A DNA stretch of 64,000 nt from Octopus vulgaris (lineage: Eukaryota). The stretch covers positions 18,042,001-18,106,000 of the forward strand of contig OX597817.1 in NCBI GenBank assembly GCA_951406725.2, read 5' to 3'. The notes below the pieces were generated by a model. It was not told the origin of the DNA and searched no databases. It saw only the letters and a program-made list of their open reading frames with translations. This document shows positions 54,022-64,000 of the stretch, in pieces. A program made the position numbers and the translations under genes. Each line of letters opens with the position of its first letter. Position 1 is the first letter of the stretch.

Positions 54022-54390
54022 CTACGTATAGGATGTTATACACAAAAAATAGATACACGCAGAGACACACGCAAACATATGTGTGTTATACACTCATATA
54101 CATATATATGTACACATATATATGCAGACAAACATACATACAGTATACAACACACGCACACGTGTGCATACACGTAACATATATAATTCATGGGCAACAA
54201 TCGGTATCCGATTATGGAATCAATACTTTCAGGAACTTAGTAACATAAATGGATATACATACATACATGATACATACATACGTACGTACGTACGTACATA
54301 TATACATACATACATACATACATACATACATACATACATACATACATACATACATACACACGCACATACATACATACATACATACATACA

Positions 54391-54422
<32 letters not shown>

Positions 54423-55308
54423 CTCTCCCATGTGTCCAAAATCTGGATTTTCAGAAAGAGAAATCGACCTGCTAATTCGTATATTACAAGCGCAATCTGT
54501 GAGTGGAACAGTAAAAATATGCAAGACTTTTCTCAAGTTCCAAATGTGAATTTGTCTGTGTTAACTACATCCCAAAGATGGAGCCTTGTATCTTTGTTGG
54601 AAACCGGCTCCGTCCTCAGTGGAAGATTTATAATAATTAAAAAAATAGAGACATAATTAGCTAGGAACAGATATATTCGGGGCTTACGTATTTCACGTGA
54701 GATTATGGATCTGTTCCTGAAATTTCTTCCCGAAGGTTTACACCTAAGCAAGGACTTTTTATAGATGACCAGCTGTTACCTATATATGCAAGTTTCTTTC
54801 TCCCCATGCCGCCAAAGTTGTCCAAGGGAAAGACAAGGTCCAACACAGCTTGGCACCAGTCTCGTTGTAGGCTTTGCTATCAAAACCGAAAGACCAGAAC
54901 TGATGCCACAAAGAATCCTGTACGTCGCTTTAGTAGTCTAGTGTGACGTAATGCAATTCAGTGTTCACAGCATCCAATTGCACTTGGAATATCCAGTGCA
55001 GAGGTTGCAAATAACTACAATGGTGAAACGTAGATAGAGAATAAATGATATAAACCGAATCTTGTGTTTATCACACTTATACGTACATTTTGTCTGTATA
55101 TCATAATCAATAATACTGCTTAGCACAGTAGTGACCATACAGTTGCAGTCATACATCTAATTATACATACAAGCACACAATATGATATCCTATATCTTGA
55201 TATACTACCACAGGAAGACGGTGCTCCAGCCTGGCCCCAACATCTGGCTGAAACCAGTAACAGAAATGAATAAGAATATGTATGCATATGTATTTGTCAC
55301 CACTTTAA

Positions 55309-55430
55309 CCCTCCGCAAAACCCAATTTTTTAAAAATTTGCTTTGCGGGAACGACTGTTTAAATGAAGTCGCGTCTTGTCCCCACGTTCGAAACGCGGAA
55401 TAGATAAAACAGGGGACAACTGATGAAGGG
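55309..55430 (+). ncRNA. Rearranged (non-circularly permuted) hammerhead ribozyme candidate, copy 2
   Basis: CCCU, CCGCAAA..UUUGCGG, GAACG, UCGCGU-C, UUGUCCCC, CGUUC-GAAACGCGG, GGGGACAA-CUGAUGA-AGGG. Part of a pLTR fragment (55300-55565). Confidence 0.75.
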
Positions 55431-56174
55431 ATTGTTCTTTATGTTGCCTGTCTTGTTTCTCTATTTGTTTCTTTCGTTCTGAAAAAGTCTGTTTTCCATG
55501 TTTTTGTTTTTTATGCTCTCGTTTCTCATTTTGTTCACGTTTTTTACGCCCTGTACCCATATATGCATGTATATATACATATATATGTAGGTATGTACAT
55601 ATATGTATGTCTATATGCATATATATATATATTATTTATATTATTATATATATACTTGTATGTGTGTGCCTGTGTGCAATGACATTAAACTGCATCTGTA
55701 AGGAATCTGATTCGGAAGTTCCAGGGCTTTGAAGCGTGTGTGTTCCCCACCACCTTTTAGCCACCATTGTTTCCTGGTCTACTCTGACCCGGAGTAATAC
55801 AGCTCTCAGTGTTCCAGCTATGGTTTAATTAGTGTATTAGGGCATTCCTACATATGCATGTGAAGACTGGATCCGGTGGTCTCTGCGGAAGAAACATTCA
55901 TGGTCCAACGAAAGGGAAGGCGGCTGCAGCAACGTATTGTATAGTTCAGAGAACAGGACGAGGCAACTAAAACATCTTGGTCATCCACTGCATCCATCTC
56001 CACCTTCAGTCCTTTTGACATAGACTTGTCACAGGACTAAAAATAGTCACGGATGAGAGAATAAAGTTGACGGTGCACAACTCATGTTCACTTAAAAAAA
56101 AGTTACCGTGGAAGTTTTCAGTCATCCTCAACGACGACTCAACGATCCTTGTCACTCCGACAGACGAACGTGTA

Positions 56175-56916
56175 CCGTAAATCCTCGAGTATAATCCGCA
56201 TTTCTTCCCCCCAAATTTAAAGGTCAAAATCCCTAGTGCGTACTATATACGAGATAAAAAATGAAAATTATTTTCTAAGCAATGTCCGAGTCTCGATTTG
56301 CTGTCCGGTATTTTGTGATGTCGGCGAGCTGGAAGAATCGTTAGCACGCCGGGCGAAATGCGTAGCCGTATTTCGTCTGCCGTTACGTTCTGAATTCAAA
56401 TTCCGCCAAGGTCGACTTTGCCTTTCATCCTTTCGGGGTCGATTAATTAAGTTACCAGTTACGCACTGGGGTCGATATAATCGACTTAATCCGTTTGTCT
56501 GTCCTTGTTTGTCCTCTCTGTGTTTAGCCCCTTGTGGGTAGTAAAGAAATAGGTATTTTGTGATGTCGGGGGGTGAAAATACCTTAAGCTAAGCCCGAAA
56601 GCAATGAAGTCATAAAAGAATCATCCATAACTTGCAGTAAGCAACATTTATTAAACGTTATTACTGTTATTTCTTTATTTTCTGCAAACAAAATGCACAA
56701 AAAAGCTATACGTTTGCATTATGTTATATATACAATAATAATAAAGGACGTTATCGTATACATTTATATAAACCAAGGACGTTGTATAGACCTCCTTGAC
56801 TCAGGTTAGAGAAGGGGTGCGTATTATACACAAGGTTTAGGTTTTTCAGAGGCACAGCCCCCTAAAAATCCCCTGCGTATTATACTCAAGGGCGGACTAT
56901 ACTCGTAGATTTACGG
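56175..56916. mobile_element. pogo/Tc1-mariner-type MITE with a nested SINE B (56322-56551)
   Basis: 25-bp TIRs CCGTAAATC..CGAGTATA.TCCGC, TA on the left and CA on the right. The nested SINE has TSD GGTATTTTGTGATGTCGG. Confidence 0.75.
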
Positions 56917-57220
56917 CAAATTGTATGTATGTATGTATGTATGTATGTATGTATGTATGTATGTATGTATGTATGTATGTATGTATGAATGCATGCATGA
57001 ATGCATGTATATATGTGTGTGTGTATGTGCGTGTGTGTATGTGTGTGTGTGTGTGTATGTGTTCTCTCCTGTTTTTAATTATTTGAAATATCCTAATGAG
57101 GAAAGAATTGGTTTTAAACACGGATACAAAGCATACATAGATAGCAAAATGTAGATAACAAAAACAAATTCACATTTTAAGCTTCCAAAAAAGTCTTGCA
57201 AATTTTAACTGTTCCACTTA

Positions 57221-57617
57221 TCTTTATATATAAAAGAGAGGTTGTGTGCTGTCTGTCTCCTACGATTTAGATTCCTAACTACTCCAACATTTTGCGGTGC
57301 AGTTTAACCAAAACCGGATATCTTATAGTCGTGATTCATATCGAGCCCTTCTGGGTATTAGCGCGCGTCTACGATGAGTCTACGATTTAAAAAAAAATTT
57401 ACCATCAATTTTTCCCATTTTTAATGCATTTTTAGCATATATAAGGGAAGTAACTCTCTAAAAATTTATCATTAAATCTCAGAACGTAAAAAGCTACAGT
57501 AACACGCCCCGCTTTGTGGTTAGCCATATTGAGATGGCTATTATACTTTACATCTCTAAAAATGCTTATATAGTTATTTCCCTTACAAACCCGAGCAACG
57601 CCGGGCGATACTGCTAG
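57221..57617 (+). mobile_element. Non-autonomous Helitron
   Basis: A|TC...CCCGAGCAACGCCGGG hairpin...CTAG|T with no TSD. The flanks rejoin into a repeat seen uninterrupted at ~54470-54515 (minus). Confidence 0.85.
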
Positions 57618-58169
57618 TAGATTATATTTGTAATATGCGAATTAGCTTATCCAGATTGTCATTGACTCACAAAACCAAGTGCACCGATTATATTCGGAAT
57701 AAATGTGAATTTACAATTTGGGTATAAAAGCTGGCGGTTTCGAAGCAATTGTTCATAGTTAACCTCTTTCTCTGATTTTCGAAGAAATATTCACATGAGC
57801 AAGGTAGCTGACTTCTATGACGGTACATACTTTCATCTTTGTCTCAAACAACAATATTCAGCCTCGACAGAAGTTTTGATGGGAATGTTCCACAAATATT
57901 CTTTGTGTTGATGTTTGTGTATGTTTTCACGGATAGGTGGGTTTCTCTGTATTTATTTCAGGACAGTCTTATATATTCTGTTCTATTCTAGGCACAAGGC
58001 CCAAAATTTTTGGGAGGGGGGCCAATCGATTAGATTGACTCCAGTACACAACTGGTACTTTATCGAACCTGAAAAGATGAAAGGCAAAGTCGACCTCGGC
58101 GGAATTTGAACTCAGGACGTAGAATGGCATTATATATTGTTTTAGCGACTACGTTGTCATAGGAACGTA

Positions 58170-58428
58170 ATAAATAAATAAATGCGCCCTTTTAAAGCCT
58201 AGCCAGGCTCATGGGCCCGGTTTCCCGGTTTCAATGGTGTATGTGTTCTCCAGCTGGACGGGACGCCAGTCCATCGCAGCGTTACTCATTTTTGCCAGTT
58301 GAGTGAACTGGAGCAACGTGAAATGAAGTGCTTTGCTCAAGAACACAACGCATCTCCCGGTCCAGGAATCGAAACCACAATCTTATGATCATGATGCTGA
58401 CACCCTAACCACTAAGCCACGCGCATCC
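58170..58428 (-). mobile_element. tRNA-derived SINE (H2-T2) with TSD
   Basis: TSD CATAGGAAYGTA. Confidence 0.9.
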
Positions 58429-58844
58429 CATAGGAATGTAGTACCTTGATATTTTCGGGCAGCTGCTGGTCACATGTATAATCTACATTTTCGCTTGTAT
58501 CTTGGGGCTCCAAGGGCTTCCCTGACTCTTTTGTTTACTGGTTATTTCGTAACTCTCTCTTGCTTTTGGGTTTCAAACGCATAGCATTCGAATTATGATG
58601 TTATGTAGCTGTCATGAGTCCATACGTATGTATGTATGCATGCATATATGTATGAATGTATCTGGGTTAAAAAGCCACATTCGATCACAGCACCAATAAC
58701 AGTTAAGCTTCGTGCAGTGGCCATACTCGATAACGAGGGGGCAGCCATCATGTATGTATGTATGTATGTCACCATGTTGATTCGCTAGCTTCTGCACGCA
58801 TTTTTTATCTCTCCTTATTTCTTTCCGTGTTTCTTTTCTGTGTA

Positions 58845-58882
58845 TCTTTCTGTTGAAGAGCGTAGGCTCGAAACGTAAAAGA
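58845..58882 (+). ncRNA. Minimal type I hammerhead variant (A6U core) in a pLTR
   Basis: UCUUU-CUGUUGA-A-GAGC-GUAG-GCUC-GAAACGUA-AAAGA. The segment ends at (TATG)n. Confidence 0.55.
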
Positions 58883-59532
58883 CTTGTTTTATTTATATTC
58901 CTGAGCGCCATACTAATACAATTGTTTGTTTGTATTCCACCTGCCTTCGTCTTTTGTTTATTTTCATAAAGCTTCCCGTTATGTATGTATGTATGTATGT
59001 ATGTATGTATGTATGTATGTATGTATGTATGTATGTATGTATGTATGTATGTATGTGTACGGGCCTGCAGACGTGTGTGCGCGTATATGCGTTATATGCA
59101 TATGTGTGGCTGTGTATGTGTGCATATTTGTGTGTATGCATGTGTGTTCCTTTCCTATGTTCTTCGTAGAATGAAGCGGCTAACTATCTGCTTCGTTCTT
59201 GCAAAAGAAACGAAGCTTCATCGCTGGAATTTGGATAACTACGACAATAAGTGTTTCATATTGAATATTAAAAAGTCTTGAATATTTTTACTGTCCCACT
59301 TACAAATTGTATTTATAAAGTGCGTGATAGTCTGTGTCTAGTTTGTCTAGATCAGGGGTGGGGAAGCTTTTTAGTGCGGCGGGCAAAAATTTCCAAAGAA
59401 AAAGGTCCACGGGCGGGTCACAAGTTCAAAGTCTTATATCTGTGTAAATCTTGTATATATCTATGTATAATTCGATATACATTAACAAAGATAAGTTTAA
59501 CACATTAAATTAACGCGCAACGTCTTCATTAA

Positions 59533-59753
59533 CTCTTTCGTTACCGTATTTATTTTGAGGTGCTCTGTAGTTCTTTCAATTATTTTAAATATAACAATGA
59601 ATTTAGTAAAATAACTTAGTTATCATTCAGCTAGTGTTAGGAATATAAATTGTGACTAAGGTTTGATGGCAGATTTTAATTCAGAACTTTTGAAAACAAG
59701 ACATTTGTACTACAGATTTAGAGGCGGTTTCAGGCAGGTTGGTATCGAAAGGG
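59533..59753. mobile_element. piggyBac-type MITE
   Basis: TTAA TSDs; 13-bp TIRs CYCTTTCGWTACC. Confidence 0.75.
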
Positions 59754-59981
59754 TTAATGCCGCCACCGAATTTAGGGCGTTTATGTTACTTATGAGATAT
59801 TCTATATTTTTCAGCTAGAGTGTAGTTGGGTATCAAGGGGGTGGTCCTAACATAGCAATATGTGTTTTATAGTGATAGCAAAATTTCCATTAAAGTGACA
59901 ATTACCGAACGATTTCTGTTCGAATCTGACCCATTCAAATCGTTGTGGAAACGCGACCTATGTCGCAAATAGGCATACAAA

Positions 59982-60355
59982 TCTTTATATATAAAAGTGA
60001 AGTTGTGTGTCTGTCTCCTACGATTTAGATTCCTAACTACTCCCACATTTTGCGGGTATCTTATAGTCGTGATTCATATCGAGCCCTTCTGGGTATTAGC
60101 GCGCGTCTACGATGAGTCTACGATTAAAAAAAAAAATTACCATCATTTTTTCCCATTTTTAATGCATTTTTTGCTATCATATAAGGGAAGTAACTCTCTA
60201 AAAATGTATTATTAAATCTCAGAACGTAAAAAGCTACAGTAACACCCCCCTTTGTGGTTAGCCATATTGAGATGGCTATTATACTTTACATCTCTAAAAA
60301 TGCTTATATAGTTATTTCCCTTACAAACCCGAGCAACGCCGAGCGACACTGCTAG
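59982..60355 (+). mobile_element. Non-autonomous Helitron (same family as 57221)
   Basis: A|TCTTTATATATAAAAG...CTGCTAG|T. Confidence 0.85.
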
Positions 60356-60698
60356 TATTGTATACATTTTATAATTGAAAAATTTATTATATTTTGCGCA
60401 ATGCGAGTCTATCAGTCTGCCTGCGCAATAAAATGGACGTGGGCGCAACTGTTATTTAAATATTTATTAACATAACCGAGTTCATCAATGATTATTGCTA
60501 TAAATGAGAATTTGTAATCAGAATAAATGAGCTTCAGACCTCCATGACTATGCATCTGTTTTCTTTTTTTGTTCCCAATAACTATATCATGCCTATTAAT
60601 TTTGCACATTTAGAAGTTTTGGTGGGAATGTCCCACTAATATTCCATGTATTCATATTCAATATCAGTTGTATGTGCGTGTGTATCTGTCTGTCTGTC

Positions 60699-60776
<78 letters not shown>

Positions 60777-60777
<1 letters not shown>

Positions 60778-61376
60778 GAGAGTAGAAAGGCAAGTTTTGT
60801 CTAGCGAATGTTTTAAAAAAAGATGGGTGAATGTAGCAAGGATGGCACGTATGAATGACGAAGCCACCTTGAGCATAATCCTATGAACCCAGAAATTGAA
60901 AACAGAGGGTTACCCACTTGCAAACAAATGTGGTAACATATAACAATATTGACCAAGGTTACCGTGGTCTTTTTCGTAGGCTTTTCTTCCCACGGATAAA
61001 CCTTACTTGCTTTCCCCTTTACACCATATATCATAACACTGTGATACACAATCCCTATTGATCGTTCTTTTTTTCCTCTTCCCCTTTTTTCCCCCTTTTT
61101 TCTTCTTTTTTCATTTCTCTTTTCTTTTGTTCCTTTTCCTTTTTTTTCTTTTTTTTTCTTTTTCTTTTTTATTTTATTTATTTATTTATTTTTTTATTTT
61201 TTATTTTTTTTGTTCTTTTCTTCCCTTTTACGATCCCTCTTGATCGAAAACCTACGCCACCCCCTTTTTGTTTTTTTTTTCCTTTTGTTTTTTGTTTTCT
61301 TCATCTCCCAAAAGAAAAGCTCTACCTTGTAACTTGTCCCATCTGTGTGCAGCCCTGTGTGGTCAATAAAGAAACT
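60777..61376 (+). mobile_element. Tx1/L1-clade LINE, short 5'-truncated copy in (TCTA)n
   Basis: Near-identical to ~62195-62766. Ends AATAAAGAAACT|TATCTATC. Confidence 0.85.
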
Positions 61377-61398
61377 TATCTATCTGTCTATCTATCTG

Positions 61399-61482
<84 letters not shown>

Positions 61483-62765
61483 GACGACGGTGAACAGGTG
61501 TGGTCGCCGTTTGTGAGGCACGCTTTCCCGCAGCTCGTCTCCATGACCGAACTGCAGTCGTGGATCAAAAAGAGGCCGAGGAAGGGCGATTGGCACCGCG
61601 AGTGTCGCGTTGCTCTCAAGCAACTCTGCCGTCCCGGGTCGACCTTGAGTGACTTCAACACAACCAAAGCATTCTATAGGGGATTAGTGGAGGGGAGGTA
61701 CGACGACGAGCTCGGGGCGAACCTGGACGTCGACGAGGAGTACCTGACCCGCCTGTTCAGGACGACTTTCGGGCCAGGGCCCATGGACAACTTCCAGAGA
61801 TCCCTGGCCTGGCAGTGCTACCGAGAAGCGCTACCCGTTCGGGATAAGCTCTACAGACACGGCTCGAGAAACACGGGGCCGACCTGCCCGAGATGCGGTC
61901 AGAGCAACGAAACCGTTCTGCACGCACTCGTGCAGTGTCCAACAATTTCCGATCTGTGGGCTTATGTCGAACAACTGCTGTCACGTGTGGGACGAGTCGG
62001 TTTATCAGCTGAGTCTATCGTCAATATTGTCACGCCTCCTTCCTTCAAACGGGAAGGAAGAGCTATTTTCATCATCCTTGTGGCTATGGCGAAAGAATGT
62101 ATCTGGTGGACGCGTCTGAAAGGATTGGAGACAAACACTTTCCTCTCTGGTCAATCTCTCATCAACTTCTTCAAGTACCACTTGAAAAGGAAAGTGAGAG
62201 TAGAGAGGCAAGTTTTGTCTAGCGAATGTTTTAAAAAAAGATGGGTGAATGTAGCAAGGATGGCACGTATGAATGACGAAGCCACCTTGAGCATAATCCT
62301 ATGAACCCAGAAATTGAAAACAGAGGGTTACCCACTTGCAAACAAATGTGGTAACATATAACAATATTGACCAAGGTTACCGTGGTCTTTTTCGTAGGTT
62401 TTTCTTCCCACGGATAAACCTTACTTGCTTTCCCCTTTACACCATATATCATAACACTGTGATACACGATCCCTATTGATCGTTTTTCCTCTTCCCCTTT
62501 TTTTCCCCTTTTTTCTTCTTTTTTCATTTCTCTTTCCTTTTGTTCCTTTTCCTTTTCTTTTTTTTCTTTTTATTCTTTTTATTTTATTCAATTTTTTTTT
62601 TTTTGTTTTTGTTCTTTTCTTCCCTTTTACGATCCCTCTTGATCGAAAACCTACGCCACCCCCTTTTTTTTCTTTTGTTTTTTGTTCTCTTCATCCCCCA
62701 AAAGAAAAGCTCTACCTTGTAACTTGTCCCATCTGTGTGCAGCCCTGTGTGGCCAATAAAGAAAC

Positions 62766-62766
<1 letters not shown>
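61483..62766 (+). mobile_element. Tx1/L1-clade LINE, 5'-truncated, with an open ORF2 C-terminus, in (TCTA)n
   Basis: Open frame to 62304 containing LAWQCYREALPV...CPRC..ETVLHALVQC, the L1/Tx1 CCHC finger. T-rich 3' UTR; TCTA arrays on both sides. Confidence 0.85.
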
Positions 62767-62849
<83 letters not shown>

Positions 62850-62850
62850 A

Positions 62851-62935
<85 letters not shown>

Positions 62936-62940
62936 GTCTG

Positions 62941-63062
<122 letters not shown>

Positions 63063-63411
63063 CATCCATCTATCTATCTATCTGTCTATTTCAAAGCACA
63101 AACTTCCTTGCTGCAATTGTTATTGCATATTGTTTTAGCAACATCAAGTCGCAAATGGAGAAATTACTTTCATGAAATTTTGGGCTGTTCTAATTACATA
63201 TATTATGTTCTCCACAGAAGAGTAACGCAATCGACAATTGATGTTGCATCTTGGAAATTTAAGGACTTCACTATCTCGTTTCTTCAGTATATTATTTCGT
63301 AGCTATCATTTGCTCTCCGATTGCAAACGCATAATCTTTCAGATGTCAAGTGATGTAACGGTCATGAATCCAAGAAAGGCTACACTTTATGTTAATATTA
63401 TCATCTGCAAA

Positions 63412-63807
63412 GGCGGCGAGCTGGCAGAATCTTTAGCACGCCGGGCGAAATGGTTAGCGGTATTTCGTCTGCCGTTACGTTCTGAGTTCAAATTCCGCCG
63501 AGGTCGACTTTGCCTTTCATCCTTTCGGGGTCGATAAATTAATTACCAGTTACGCACTGAGGTCGATGTAATCGACTTAATACCTATGTCTGTCCTTGTT
63601 TGTCCCCTCTATGTTTAGTTCCTTGTGGGTAATAAAGAAATAGGTATTTCGTCTGCTGTTACGTCCTGAGTTCAAATTCCGCCGAGATCGACTTTGCCTT
63701 TCATCCTTTCGGGGTCGATAAATTAAGTAGCAGTTGCGTACTGGGTCGATCTAATCGACTGACCTTCTCCCCCAAAATTTCGGGCGCTGTATCTAGAGTA
63801 GAAAAGA
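63412..63807 (+). mobile_element. SINE B head plus two bodies, with TSD
   Basis: Junction AAAGAAATAGG|TATTTCGTCTG. TSD AATATTATCATCT. Confidence 0.85.
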
Positions 63808-64000
63808 ATATTATCATCTTCACATTAATGGAAACATAGCCCTGCCAAGCCTTTGTTGAAGTATGTTAGTCTTGCACGTGGTAAGCCATCAGGAGGTGAT
63901 ACACACCCACCCATACACCCACACATCCATTCATCCATACGCACACACACATATGAGAAATAGAGAAATAGGTATTTCGTTCAAGCTCGTTGCGATCACT

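Noticed and set aside
59352-59430. CAGGGGTGGGGAA hAT-like terminus
   Set aside because: No matching opposite TIR or 8-bp TSD was found.

Overview
Eukaryotic, AT-rich, repeat-saturated intergenic or intronic DNA. The SINE families and microsatellite load resemble a cephalopod (Octopus-like) genome; this is an inference from recall, not a database match. No host protein-coding gene can be supported, and nearly all long ORFs in the track are microsatellite translations. The window contains several tRNA-derived SINE families (many with TSDs), CR1 3' ends with (AACT)n tails, R4/Dong-type RLE LINE fragments, two Tx1/L1-clade copies inside (TCTA)n arrays, a decayed Chapaev3-type transposon, non-autonomous Helitrons, pogo- and piggyBac-type MITEs, an old inverted duplication, and many Penelope-like element (PLE) fragments next to (TA)n tracts. 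The PLE termini carry several hammerhead ribozyme motifs. The main candidate novelty is a rearranged (non-circularly permuted, pseudoknotted) hammerhead with two extra helices between A9 and stem II. It occurs in two diverged copies with compensatory base changes (13840-13961 on -, 55309-55430 on +) and in a decayed third copy from another family (17931-18022 on -). All structures were paired by eye; none has been folded computationally or tested.
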